Source: an uncultured Methanosarcinales archaeon
Lineage (GTDB): Archaea > Nanobdellota > Nanobdellia > Woesearchaeales > GW2011-AR9
Assembly: GCA_964343575.1 (NCBI GenBank)
Contig: CAYFJV010000002.1
Coordinates: forward strand, 69,585-133,584
Reading direction: 5' to 3'
Length of the DNA: 64,000 nucleotides
Part shown: one piece after another, positions 35,827 through 45,700 of the stretch
Numbering within the stretch: the stretch's first letter is position 1
How the letters are laid out: each line of letters opens with the position of its first letter
The notes under the pieces: model-generated
What the model was told of the DNA's origin: nothing
What the model saw: only the letters and a program-made list of their open reading frames with translations
Database searches by the model: none
Position numbers and translations under genes: made by a program

Positions 35827-36816
35827 TTATTGCGTTTCTTCTGCTTTTTGTAGCACTGCTTTGAGCTTACAAGCATTACAAACTTTTCCGTTACTTGGCT
35901 CGCCGCAGCTTTGGCAGGATTGGATGCCTTTTTTTGAACTTGTGTTTCTTGCACTGGCCATTTCTCTTTCTTTGAGTAAAGGGAGCATGTCTAGGAAAGA
36001 ATTAATGATCCCTGTTTTGGTCCCAGGGAATTTTTCTTCAAAAGTATTGAGCAAATCACGTACTTCTGCGCGGTAGCTTTGGGTTACATTTGGACACTCA
36101 GTGTATTCTACTTTGAATCCTTTGAGAAAAGTGTAGAGCCTGGTTTCTTTCTCTGAGCAAAAATAAAGTGGCTTTACTCTACGAACAAAGTCTTGGTGCG
36201 CCTCAACCCCACTTATAGGGCCGAGTTTTGCTGCAAGCTTGGTATTTGCCTTGAACAGGTTCATAAGCACAGCTTGGGACTCATCATCAAGGTTGTGTCC
36301 AGTTACTAGTTTTGTTGCCTTTAGTTCCTTTGCATATTTGTTGAGAAGGTACCTTCGCCACACACCACAGATGTTACAGGGCTTTTTTTTTGTCTCTTTG
36401 TTGATGATAGGGAATGCTTGGTCAAGTGTTTTCCCAAAGTCTTCTTCAAAAGAAGCAATTTTGAGTGGGACATCATGTTGTTTACAGAAAGTTTTGAGAT
36501 CGTCAAGTGTTTTTTCTCTGTAGTCTGCAATCCCTTCATTGATAATGAGCGCATGCAAATTGTCTCTTGGAAAGTTGTTTTTTTCCATGTACTTTTTGAC
36601 TAGATAGAGAACGGTTAGAGAATCTTTCCCTCCAGAAGCTGCAACACAAACCTTATCGTTTCTCCCGATAAGCTGAAAGCGATTAATTGTTTTGATAACC
36701 TTCTCTTCAAAATAAGAAATGAAATGTTTTTTACAAAGTTTCCCGTGCTGTAATTCGATTACTGCCTTTTCCTCGCATTTGATGCAAGAGTTTGTTTTGT
36801 TTCTTGTTTCTTGCAT
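35827..36816 (-). CDS. ncsA: tRNA 2-thiouridine synthetase, NcsA/TtuA/Ncs6 family (PP-loop ATPase with Zn fingers)
   Basis: N-terminal CxxC...C zinc finger, PP-loop AASGGKDS, central CNICG and C-terminal CQSCG...CNAC motifs. Confidence 0.85.
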   Translation of the reverse strand: MQETRNKTNSCIKCEEKAVIELQHGKLCKKHFISYFEEKVIKTINRFQLIGRNDKVCVAASGGKDSLTVLYLVKKYMEKNNFPRDNLHALIINEGIADYREKTLDDLKTFCKQHDVPLKIASFEEDFGKTLDQAFPIINKETKKKPCNICGVWRRYLLNKYAKELKATKLVTGHNLDDESQAVLMNLFKANTKLAAKLGPISGVEAHQDFVRRVKPLYFCSEKETRLYTFLKGFKVEYTECPNVTQSYRAEVRDLLNTFEEKFPGTKTGIINSFLDMLPLLKEREMASARNTSSKKGIQSCQSCGEPSNGKVCNACKLKAVLQKAEETQ

Positions 36817-36818
36817 TG

Positions 36819-37046
36819 CTAGCCCCCAGAGATGACGCTCAGGAGCAAAATGTTATCATTGTCTTGGAGAAGATCGTCAGTAGTAAGCACTTCATTGCCT
36901 CTAGTGACAAGAACGGTTTGCGCATTGACTTGAATCTCTTGAAGAAGTTCTTTGACAGTGCTGCCTTCAAAGCCTTCTAGCTTGAATGTTTGGCCCGTCT
37001 TTTCATTATGTACTTCAATGCTTTTACTTGTGCTGTTTGTGTTCAT
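36819..37046 (-). CDS. SAMP/TtuB/Urm1-type ubiquitin-like small sulfur carrier protein ending in Gly-Gly
   Basis: 75 aa with a beta-grasp-like pattern and the C-terminus ...LLSVISGG followed by the stop. It lies 3 nt upstream of ncsA in the same orientation. Confidence 0.7.
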   Translation of the reverse strand: MNTNSTSKSIEVHNEKTGQTFKLEGFEGSTVKELLQEIQVNAQTVLVTRGNEVLTTDDLLQDNDNILLLSVISGG

Positions 37047-37149
37047 TTTCCCTCCTAGACTGCTTCTAATAAGCAGAATGCTTAGGCGTTTTTTTCAGTA
37101 TTCCTTTTTCCTGAGTCCTTTTATAAGTTTTACCTGCTTATTTGCGGGC

Positions 37150-37161
37150 AAAGCTTTATAA
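37150..37161 (+). promoter_or_regulatory. BRE/TATA motif AAAGCTTTATAA about 25 nt upstream of the lipoprotein ATG at 37185
   Basis: The TATA box overlaps the ATG at 37161 used by the track ORF, which argues that the real start is the downstream ATG. Confidence 0.5.
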
Positions 37162-37184
37162 TGGCCCCCCAAACTTGGAAAAGC

Positions 37185-37772
37185 ATGAAAACTTACACAC
37201 TACCTCTTGCTTTTCTGCTTGCCTGTTCAACAGGGGAAAAAGCAGAAGAACCTGACGCAGATTCATTAGGAGAAGCAGTTTATACTGCGGATTCTGGTCA
37301 AGTGGATAGCAAAGGAGCAGACTCGGGTGTTGTGGATGAGGAGGTTGAGCCACTTTTACCAGACTTAGTTATTTTAGGTTATACTGTCGATGATACCCAA
37401 CTTACTTCTGGTAGTGTGGGCTATTCTCTTGAAATAGTAAACCAAGGAGAAGGTCAAGCGCCAAACTCAGTAATTTATACAAGTGTTAGACTTGTTAGCT
37501 CAAACGTTTGTAACGGTTCTGGTTCTGGGGGGGCTGGCCCAGCAGTTGAGGAATATACTCCAATAGAGGCATTGGCTTCTGGAGCAAGTGATACTCTTGA
37601 AGGAAGTAGAAGCTTTGGTCCAAGTGGAGAGGGTTGTCAAAAGCGAATAACTTTGGAAGTTTTGGCAACAGCAGACTGTCCAGAAGATGGTTGTCTTGGA
37701 GCAATTGTTGAGTTTGATGAGACAAACAACTCTCTTGAGTTTGTTTACGAATCTGGTCTTTTTGATTATTAA
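37185..37772 (+). CDS. Predicted lipobox-containing secreted protein with a CARDB-like domain
   Basis: Signal peptide MKTYTLPLAFLLAC|S with the lipobox LLAC. The C-terminal part is Ig-like and ends with the E-x-x-E-T-N-N motif (IVEFDETNNSLEF) typical of CARDB domains. Confidence 0.55.
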   Translation: MKTYTLPLAFLLACSTGEKAEEPDADSLGEAVYTADSGQVDSKGADSGVVDEEVEPLLPDLVILGYTVDDTQLTSGSVGYSLEIVNQGEGQAPNSVIYTSVRLVSSNVCNGSGSGGAGPAVEEYTPIEALASGASDTLEGSRSFGPSGEGCQKRITLEVLATADCPEDGCLGAIVEFDETNNSLEFVYESGLFDY

Positions 37773-37789
37773 TTCTGCTTTTTCTCTTT

Positions 37790-38539
37790 TTATTTATTCT
37801 TCTTTTTAAGCTGCCAAAGTTGCCACCCCGAAATTAAAGCAAAGACAAGGCACAAATATTGCCCCATAGTAAGCCCTTGGCTAAGAATGAGGTATTCTTT
37901 GAAGAATTCTAAAAAGAAACGAATAGTAGAGAAAAGAAAGATGAAGAGCCAAAAGATGAAGCTTTCTGGAAGTTTGTTTTCCTTTTTTTGATGAAGTGTA
38001 ATGAGGGCAATAAAGATGAAGGTGTTTTGCAGCGCTTCGTAGAGCTGCACGGGGTGGCGTTTACCTTCGTATCCTTCAAAGAGAACTCCAAAAGAAGAGT
38101 TTGTTGCTCTTCCTACAATTTCTTGGTTGAGGAAATTACCGAATCTCACAAAAATAGCCCCAAGGGCTACTACAATCATACTTAAATCGGCTAGCTTCCA
38201 AAAGTTAAGTTGCTTTTTCTTCGCGTAAAGGTAGGCTCCAAGACTTCCTCCAACAATTGCTCCATGGGATGAGAGACCTCCTTCCCAGAAGAAAAGAATT
38301 TGTATGGGGTTGTAAAGAAAATGTGTTGGACTGTAGAAAATTGCGTGAAAGATTCTTGCTCCGATGAAAAGACTGATAACTGTTACAAGATAGTACTCCA
38401 TAGCAATCTCTTCTTTGATGCCTTCTTGTTTTGCTAGATATTTGAACAGGAAAAAAGAGCAGAGTAGAGCTAGCATAATCATAACGCCGTACCAGCGAAT
38501 GCTTAGAGTTCCGATTTGAAGCGCGATAGGATCTATCAT
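37790..38539 (-). CDS. lgt: Prolipoprotein diacylglyceryl transferase (Lgt) homolog, a bacterial-type lipoprotein biogenesis enzyme
   Basis: Starting from MIDPIALQIGTLSIRWYGVMIMLALLCSFF, the protein follows the Lgt N-terminal consensus (IDPVAFxIGPLxIHWYG) with about 7 TM helices. It carries the Lgt signature region GGLSSHGAIVGGSLGAY and a C-terminal basic stretch. The track ORF extends 38 codons upstream into a GC-rich intergenic region and is trimmed here. Confidence 0.6.
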   Translation of the reverse strand: MIDPIALQIGTLSIRWYGVMIMLALLCSFFLFKYLAKQEGIKEEIAMEYYLVTVISLFIGARIFHAIFYSPTHFLYNPIQILFFWEGGLSSHGAIVGGSLGAYLYAKKKQLNFWKLADLSMIVVALGAIFVRFGNFLNQEIVGRATNSSFGVLFEGYEGKRHPVQLYEALQNTFIFIALITLHQKKENKLPESFIFWLFIFLFSTIRFFLEFFKEYLILSQGLTMGQYLCLVFALISGWQLWQLKKKNK

Positions 38540-38758
38540 TTTTTGTTTTAGCTTTGGAGAAAATCTCGCTACGCTCGTGTTGGGCCGGGCAAAACATCTG
38601 CTTCTTTTTTTGATTGTGCTACGTCCCCGGATGGGGCCACCCCCGTAACGCACTCGCTTGTTTCTTCTATGATGTTTTGCGAATTGACCCCAACAACATT
38701 TCCTCCAAATCCAGTAGTTAAGCTAAGTATTTTAAAGTTGCTCGGCTTTCTCTTCTTT

Positions 38759-39334
38759 ATGCCTAGACAGAAGAAATTGAGAGCAGGTTTTGAAGGAGTA
38801 TTTCTTCGTTTTACTCCATCGGAAGCAGAGCTCTCCTTGGTAAAAGAACTTGGTTTTTCTAGCTCTAGCGTTCTTGTTGCGGGCAAAGATTTTGTGTTTT
38901 TAGAAGAGAAACAGAAGAAAAAAGTTTTGAGTGAAGCCCGAAAGGCAAAGAAAAAAGGAAAATTTCTTGTTGCTCGAGTTTTTGATGAAGATCATTTGCG
39001 TTTTGTGGTAGAGCATAGCCCAGTTGATATGGTTTTAGGAATGGAAAAGATCAACCCCAAAGATAGCATGCATTATCCAAGATCAGGAGTTGATCAAGTG
39101 ATCGCAAAGATTGCTGCTAAGAAAGGAAAAACTCTTGCTTTTTCTTTTCAAGACATTTTGGCTGCTAGGCCAGGAAAGGAGCGAGCGCAGCTTTTACATC
39201 GTATGCGTTTTACTTTGAAGTTTTGTAAGAAGTATGGCGTTAAAGTTTTCTTTGGAAATTTTGCGCTTAGGAGAATGGAACTTCGAGCCCAAAAAGATCT
39301 TATGGCTTTTTTTAGATTGTTGCAGAAGAAATAG
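38759..39334 (+). CDS. rnp3: RNase P protein subunit Rpp30 (Rnp3)
   Basis: GVDQVIAKIAAKKGKTLAFSFQDIL...RAQLLHRMRFTLKFCKKYGVKVFFGNFA matches the Rpp30 TIM-barrel C-terminal half. A TATA-like TTTTAAAG lies at 38731-38738. Start assigned to MPRQKK. Confidence 0.55.
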   Translation: MPRQKKLRAGFEGVFLRFTPSEAELSLVKELGFSSSSVLVAGKDFVFLEEKQKKKVLSEARKAKKKGKFLVARVFDEDHLRFVVEHSPVDMVLGMEKINPKDSMHYPRSGVDQVIAKIAAKKGKTLAFSFQDILAARPGKERAQLLHRMRFTLKFCKKYGVKVFFGNFALRRMELRAQKDLMAFFRLLQKK

Positions 39335-39350
39335 TAACAATAAGGTGAAG

Positions 39351-39359
39351 ATTTATAAG
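39351..39359 (+). promoter_or_regulatory. TATA-like box ATTTATAAG 21-29 nt upstream of the first gene of the pilin-like cluster
   Basis: Position and A/T composition are typical of an archaeal TATA box. Confidence 0.4.
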
Positions 39360-39379
39360 GAAAAATTTCTTGTTTTCTT

Positions 39380-41809
39380 GTGATGTTAGCGTCAGCTCAA
39401 AAAAGAGGACATTGTAGGGATAGCAAGCGTGGGCAAGTTACCCTGTTCATAATTCTAGGAATGGTTATTCTTATCTCCGTTGGTTTCATGCTAGCGCTTA
39501 CTGCCATGATTCAGAAAGGACAATTGCAAGTTGCTGAAGAAGATGTAGTTTCCAATTTATTTCAAACCGAGAGTTTGCGTTTGTTTATAGATGATTGTTT
39601 GTATGATGCCCTTGAGGAGGGTTTAGTTCAAATTGGAGAGCAAGGGCGTTTGTGGAAAGAGCAGGATGGTGGCACTGTTCCTTTTGTTGCAGGAGAGACC
39701 GGAACCTTTCATTTTGGAAAACAGGTTTATTATGCAATCAGTTATGATAACAACAGTAATCATAGCGAGGCTTACCCTTGTTCCAATTCCACAGATCTTT
39801 CTCCTGATTATTGTCGCTACAGTTTTCCTGAGGAAGGAAAATTTGGTGAGAAGGAGCATTTGAGTGCAAGTGCAATTGAAGGAGATTTGCTCCGATACAT
39901 TACTCAGGAAGCAGCTCTTTGTATGGAAGAAGTGCTTCAAAGTAATTATTCTTTGTTCGTCCCGGTTGTTGCTGAAGAAATTGATCTTTCTTTAGATATT
40001 GCTACAAATGGCATTGCTGTAGAAGCAAGCTATCCTTTACATCTTGAGCAAGGGGGAGAAGAATACACCCAACTTACCGAGTTTGATTTTTTTTACTCTA
40101 GCTCTTTGAGCTCTTTTTTACTTCAAGCAGTAACACGCCCTATTAATGAAGAGCAAAGTGATCCAACTTATCTTTTTTCAGAAGCTGATTTGCAAAGTTC
40201 GGAGCCCTATCAACTTTTAGATCCCACTTTTACAAAAACAGAGGCGAGCAGTGGGGATACTATCATTCAATATAACTTGAACCCGGGAGTGATTCTTGAG
40301 AACCAAGATTATTTCTTTCAATTTGCTTTAGAAAATCGCCCTCCTGCACTTGACTACATTGAGCGTAATGCTTGTTTAAGTTATGATTATTTGGTTTTAG
40401 AGGGAGAGCAAGGAGATATGGGAAAATTACTTTTAGATGCATCAGCTAGTGACCCTGAGGAGGATAGCGTTACTTTTTCTTTGCTTGACGATCATTTGCC
40501 AGTGCCACTTAGTTCGGTAGATTCTGATTCTTGGAGTGCAGACTTACAAGGTGCGGCTCCAGGTTATTATAACTTCACTCTTTTAGCGGCAGATGAACAT
40601 GGTAGGACTGATTTGCAAAATGTTCGCGTCCTTCTTGATCGAGAAATCACCGCTGAATTTTCGGTCGCTTCCCCTTATTGTACTTTTGCAGGAGACCATA
40701 GTTGTTTACTCTCTACCGAAGATCCTTTTTTTGTAACACTTACTAACCCAGGAGAATCGTTAGCAGCAGACGTTGATGAAGTGCTTGAGCTTAGTTACGA
40801 TGGTTTTAATGGAGAGAGCTTTGTTTCAGGAGCTTTGTATCCTTCCTTACTTGGTGCAGAGAGTTGTATTGGTCTTCCAATGGAAACTGAGACTAGCCCA
40901 GCATCTTGTAACATTAGTGCTTACGACCCATTCATTGAAAGTTGGAAAGATTCTTTGTTGGGCCCGAGCAGTACGCACCCCTACTTAAGCCAAACGACGC
41001 CAGATGGCGAACTTAGTGTGGCCTTTTTTACAGGTTATTGCGGCGCCTGGGAGTATGAAAATAAGGAGTTCTTACATTTTGAAGTTGCAGAGTGTATCCC
41101 TCATGAAAATCTTGAGAATCCCTTCGCTTACCCTTACCACCACCAAACTTTTGATCCGATCAGCGGAGAATATCTTGGTCTTGATGAGGAAATTAGTCCT
41201 TTCTTGGCGGCCCACAGTTGTTGTAATATGAATGGAACTTACAAGGCAGCAGGCTCAAGTTGTTATGAAAGTGCTCCTGGTTGTTATGGAGGTATTGTTG
41301 GTTGGACTTCTAGCGCTCCCGGTCTTGTCTTGGAGCAGGAAAGCGATACTTGTAGTGGGCTTCGTGGGAATGTTTGTGGGACTGGAAGTTCTAAAATAAG
41401 CGAATTGTATCAAGGAAACCTTGTTTGTGGAAGCAGTTTTGATGTTTCTTGCTCTTTAGATCAAATCCCAGATGTCTGTGAAGGAAGAGATGCTTGGGGT
41501 TATGTTGATGAGAACTTTGATGGTATTAACGATGCTTGGTGTCACGGGCAAATGGGTTGTAGTGCTCTTTGCTCACTCGGCGATGGCGGGTCAGTAGTTT
41601 ATTCAGGAGGAGGAGTTGCTCCAAGTGGGCCAGAGGGCATTAACCAACAGGCAGTTTTGGGACAGGCAAGTGATGATGCTTTTGCGCCTTTCGATCCTTT
41701 TTTCTCTTTTAGTTGTGGATGTAGTTCTGCTACAGAAGGAAGTGTTTGTGATGCTAACTTTGATGGAGAATTCTTAGGGCAGTGTGTTTCTAGTGTTTGT
41801 GTTGAGTAG
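39380..41809 (+). CDS. Large (809 aa) acidic, Cys-rich extracellular protein with a class III (prepilin-like) signal peptide
   Basis: The N-terminus is ...SKRG|QVTLFIILGMVILISVGFMLALTAM, a basic tract then G|Q then a 22-aa hydrophobic stretch. The mature part is D/E-rich with many paired Cys residues. Confidence 0.6.
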   Translation: MMLASAQKRGHCRDSKRGQVTLFIILGMVILISVGFMLALTAMIQKGQLQVAEEDVVSNLFQTESLRLFIDDCLYDALEEGLVQIGEQGRLWKEQDGGTVPFVAGETGTFHFGKQVYYAISYDNNSNHSEAYPCSNSTDLSPDYCRYSFPEEGKFGEKEHLSASAIEGDLLRYITQEAALCMEEVLQSNYSLFVPVVAEEIDLSLDIATNGIAVEASYPLHLEQGGEEYTQLTEFDFFYSSSLSSFLLQAVTRPINEEQSDPTYLFSEADLQSSEPYQLLDPTFTKTEASSGDTIIQYNLNPGVILENQDYFFQFALENRPPALDYIERNACLSYDYLVLEGEQGDMGKLLLDASASDPEEDSVTFSLLDDHLPVPLSSVDSDSWSADLQGAAPGYYNFTLLAADEHGRTDLQNVRVLLDREITAEFSVASPYCTFAGDHSCLLSTEDPFFVTLTNPGESLAADVDEVLELSYDGFNGESFVSGALYPSLLGAESCIGLPMETETSPASCNISAYDPFIESWKDSLLGPSSTHPYLSQTTPDGELSVAFFTGYCGAWEYENKEFLHFEVAECIPHENLENPFAYPYHHQTFDPISGEYLGLDEEISPFLAAHSCCNMNGTYKAAGSSCYESAPGCYGGIVGWTSSAPGLVLEQESDTCSGLRGNVCGTGSSKISELYQGNLVCGSSFDVSCSLDQIPDVCEGRDAWGYVDENFDGINDAWCHGQMGCSALCSLGDGGSVVYSGGGVAPSGPEGINQQAVLGQASDDAFAPFDPFFSFSCGCSSATEGSVCDANFDGEFLGQCVSSVCVE

Positions 41810-42034
41810 GTTTGGGTTTTGTTTTAGAGATGGTAGAAAAAGTCTTACCTTCTGCCGAAGCTTATTCCTGAAGGACTCTTGTCCGCCTTTGGATTTTCTC
41901 CTTTTGGTAGAAAATGGCTACCAAGAGCATCGCTCATTGGAAGTTTCTTGCCAGCAAAGGGGCAGAGAAGGAGACTTTTTCTACATCTTTTTTGGAGTAG
42001 AAAGTTTTAAGTTTTCTTAGGATTTGTTCTTCTT

Positions 42035-42604
42035 ATGGACCCGGTAAGTTTTTTGCTTCTTCTCGTAGTTCTTTTAGGAGTATTCTTTACTCTTCTCTAT
42101 CTTCTTTTTAAGCAGAAGGAAGAACACTTTGAGTATAGTTTGCCTTTGGAAGATGGGGAAGACGATGAGAAAAAAAGATCTTTTTTTGATCCTTCATTTT
42201 TTGCTAGAATTCAAGAACACCTCTTTTTTTTGCGTAAGAAGCACAAGAGAAAAGTGAGCTCTTACAAGCGTCATGAAGAGTTTGCAACCTTCCCTGAAAC
42301 TAAGGCTGCTTTTGTTGCTGGAAAAGACACTTCACAAAAGACAGGGAAAGGGATTGGAAAGGGTAGACACATGCACCGTCTTGGTAAGCTAGTTGATAAA
42401 CATCAACGAAAAAAAGTAAAAGCGTCTGCAGGAGGTAAGAAGAAGGAAAAAAAGTTTTTTCTGAACAGAGTTTTGGCTAAACGTATTGATTTTTGGAAAG
42501 AGAATACTCCTTTGCATTCTATCGAACGCATTGATGCTCTTGAAAGAGTTCGTTCTGTAGCAAAAGGTGCTGTGAAAAAGAAAGAAATTAAGAAAAAGAA
42601 GTAA
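42035..42604 (+). CDS. Membrane protein with an N-terminal TM helix and a long basic cytoplasmic region
   Basis: MDPVSFLLLLVVLLGVFFTLLYLLF followed by a K/R-rich region. Confidence 0.4.
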   Translation: MDPVSFLLLLVVLLGVFFTLLYLLFKQKEEHFEYSLPLEDGEDDEKKRSFFDPSFFARIQEHLFFLRKKHKRKVSSYKRHEEFATFPETKAAFVAGKDTSQKTGKGIGKGRHMHRLGKLVDKHQRKKVKASAGGKKKEKKFFLNRVLAKRIDFWKENTPLHSIERIDALERVRSVAKGAVKKKEIKKKK

Positions 42605-42714
42605 GGGTGTGTTTCTCTTCTCATTCTTTTCATTCTATTTTTTAAAGGTCTTCGTCGGTTCCTTTAAAACGAAGGTTTATAAAGCAAAATGCTTTCTTCC
42701 CTGAGGTATTTTCC

Positions 42715-45700
42715 ATGGTGGAAACGAGTAAAAAGAGGACCCTTGTAGATGTAATTCTAGCTCGAGCTTTTTTCTTTGGCCTTCTGTTTATTCTTACTGT
42801 GATTTCGCTTAACGGCGCCTTTGCTGTTGGCTTAGAAGGGTGTTACACTTATGCGGGAGGAAGCCCAGACCTTTTTTGTCAAGATGATGTCTTAGAAGAA
42901 GATGCTTTGGCTGACTATGAGCTCTTAGTTGGAGACGGGCTTTTTGATGATTATTTTTTCCCTGGGCAGAGTTGTGATGTTTTTCCTGACCTTTGTGAAG
43001 AAGTGACTTGCTCTTTGGATTGTAGCACGCAGGCGATTGGTTCTTGTGAATTTGAAGGAGGACAAGCAGTTCCAGATGATGAATATGATTTGTGGTGTAG
43101 TTGGGGTTGTTGTCAAATCCCTTCAGGTTATTGTGGTCAAGTAGATCTGCGCTCTGTTTGTGTGGAAGAAGCTTCTTACCAAGGATATTCTATCGATGAA
43201 GTAACTTACATCAGTTCAGCTTACAGTCCGATCACCACAGATGAATGTGTAGATCTTTGTGTTGCAGGATTGGAGGATGCGAGCTTAAGTGGTTACATCT
43301 TTGATGCAGCGGACGGAGTAACTCCAATTGAAGGAGCAACAGTTGAACTTCGATCGGGAGTTACAGCTCAAAGTGATGTGGCAGGATTTTATCAATTTCA
43401 AACAGTGAGCCCTGGAACTTATGTGGTAAGTGTTAGTGCAACTGGCTATTCTGGAGCTTCGCAGACAATAACTTTGGAATCTGGGGAAGTTGAAGAACTT
43501 GATTTCACTTTGAGCGTTGCAGACCAAGTAGCAAGTCTTTCTGGAACTGTGGTGGATGAGTTTGGTGTTGCAGTAGCTGACGTTTCTTTATGTTGGACTG
43601 GCCCAGGGGTTGGTTGTACTACTTCTGCAGTAGATGGTTCTTATTTGGTTAGCGAAATCTTACTTGGAGATTATACTTTTACTCTGAGTAAGTTTGGTTA
43701 TGAGACAAGTAGCGATAGTCTAAGCATTCAATCAGACCTGGTCTATGATTTTGTTCTCTTCTCTCAACCGTTCCAAGGTATTAGTGGAAGCACCTGGATT
43801 GATCCAGAAGGAGATGGTTTGCTTCTTGGCGGAACAGATTACTTGCAGTATGGGGTAAGTATCTTCGTAGATGGGATCTATCGGGGAAGTTCACAATACC
43901 CTGATGGAGATTTTAATATTTATCTTGATGAAGGAGATTATACCATAACAGCGAGCTACCTTGATTTTGTCTCTCCTGAGTACAGTGTTACTGTTCTTGC
44001 TGGACAGTCAAGTTCTGTTGATCCTGTGTTAACACAGTACATTGGAGAGTGTAGTTATGGTCAACCGGACGAGTCAAAACCAGTTGCAGAATTACATGCG
44101 GTCGCGGTTGCTGGTTCTCTTGCTGTAGATTTGAGTTGGGATAAACCTTGTGCTGAGGTGAGTGGTTATAATCTTTATCGTGACGGTGAGCTACACATGC
44201 AACTTTCACCTTTCGCTTTAAGTTTTACCGATTCAATTGATTTGGAATGGGGAATGGGTTATATCTATGGAATCCAAGCGATTTATACTGATGGTCCGAT
44301 GATTGATGACCAACCTCAAACTCGCTTTTCAGAGATTACTGAGACAAGCATCACTCTTGGAAATGCCGCTTGTGAAGGAAAAGAACCCGGAGATCTTTTT
44401 TGTCTGGCTGACGATCTAAAGTCAACTTACACTTGCGATATTTTCAACACTCTTTTGATCAGTACAAGTTGTGCTGCTTTAGATACAAGTACGAGCGATT
44501 ATTATTGTGTAGAATCAAGCCCAGGATTTGCAACCTGTAAAGACGCAGGTATGTGTAACGCCTTTACTCTTGGCGCCGATCCTTTTGGTTTGTACCACAG
44601 CGAAGAAGTTTGTTATGGCCCTTACCTTGGCGCAGAGAGCGGTTATGAGAATTATTGTTACTATGATTACACTTCTGGAGTTGTTGATCAGTGTACGAGT
44701 TGCGTGGAGGTAGAAAGTTGTTTTGATTATGTTAGTGAGGGGGCTTGTGGTATCAACAACTGTTTGGGAGTTGGTTGTCAATGGATCAACGGAAGTTCTT
44801 CTTCTGGAGAAGGAGATATTAGTGCTTATGAAGAAGAGAGCGAACCTTTCTTAGATTATGGTTACCTTTTCCCTGTGAGCGAGGAGACGGGCCATGGTTA
44901 TTGCGCCCCGCTTGAGTATGAAGAGGATGATAATTGCGCCCTTTGTTCTCCTGGAAGCAGTCTTTTTGAAAACAACTTGTGTACTCCTGAAGTTTGTACT
45001 GAATTGGGCGCTTGTTACTCTGATAAGGATTTGCCTTTGAGTACTTGCCATTCCTGTGGCGAAGAAAGTAGTCCCGAGGTGAACTGTTACAGTTATGCTT
45101 CAGAGCTGGAATGTACTGCAGGAAGCCCAACTGTGAACGATAATGGACAAATTTTGCGTTCAGCAGATAGCTGTACTTGGGGTGCTTGCGCTTGGATTGC
45201 CGATGACTTTGATCCTGCCGGTGGTTATTGTATCAAAGATGGGGATGCCAACCGTATTGATGATTGTTCTGAGTTTGTCTCAGGAGATTATTCTTCTTGT
45301 ATTGCAGATACTGCTCCGCCAGTGACTTCTTTGCAAGCAGAGGGCTTTGCAATTGTATCTGAGACATTTTCACAATTAGAATTTGTTGCTGTTGATAACG
45401 AGAGGATGGGGAGTCTGTGGTTCTGTTTGGAAAGCGCTGATGCAAGTGATTGTACTGATTTTGAAGCCGCAGATTATCCTTTCACCTTGCAGGGAGAAGA
45501 AGCTCTTTTGGAACTTAACATGAGTGAGTCAAGTTTTTTACAGTCAGAATTGGTTGATGGCGAGACTTACAAACTTCGCTTCTACTCCGTTGATGAGTTC
45601 TATAACCAAGAATCTGTACAAGAAGCTTTTGTTTTCGTTGATAACAAACTTCCCGATTTTACTGTTGTAACTGAGCCAAGCATAGATGGAGATGTTGTAG

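Noticed and set aside
38570-38665. GC-rich ~95-nt island upstream of the Rpp30 gene, considered as RNase P RNA or a tRNA
   Set aside because: It is far too short for RNase P RNA and lacks the P4 signature (AGGAAAGUCC / ACAGAA). No cloverleaf could be folded. Only a GGGG-cca-CCCC mini-hairpin and partial CCCGG complementarity were seen. It probably reflects promoter or 5' UTR context, but the call remains uncertain.
38205-38886. Two minus-strand ORFs (130 and 105 aa) spanning the Lgt start and the Rpp30 upstream region
   Set aside because: They overlap the Lgt N-terminus and the Rpp30 gene on the opposite strand. Their products are Arg/Ser-rich with no domain features. The Lgt start is better placed at 38539 (MIDPIALQIG).
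41820-42034. Small ORF (MATKSIAHWKFLASKGAEKETFSTSFLE, about 29 aa) between the first pilin-like gene and the membrane-protein gene
   Set aside because: It has no signal peptide or hydrophobic segment like the other cluster members and no SD or TATA context. It is most likely a non-coding spacer.
42715-42800. Considered a class III (prepilin) signal for the 2141-aa giant protein
   Set aside because: The N-terminus has KKRT with no Gly or Ala at -1. It has a classic AxA (AFA|VG) site after a long h-region, so a Sec or signal-peptidase I type signal is the better explanation.
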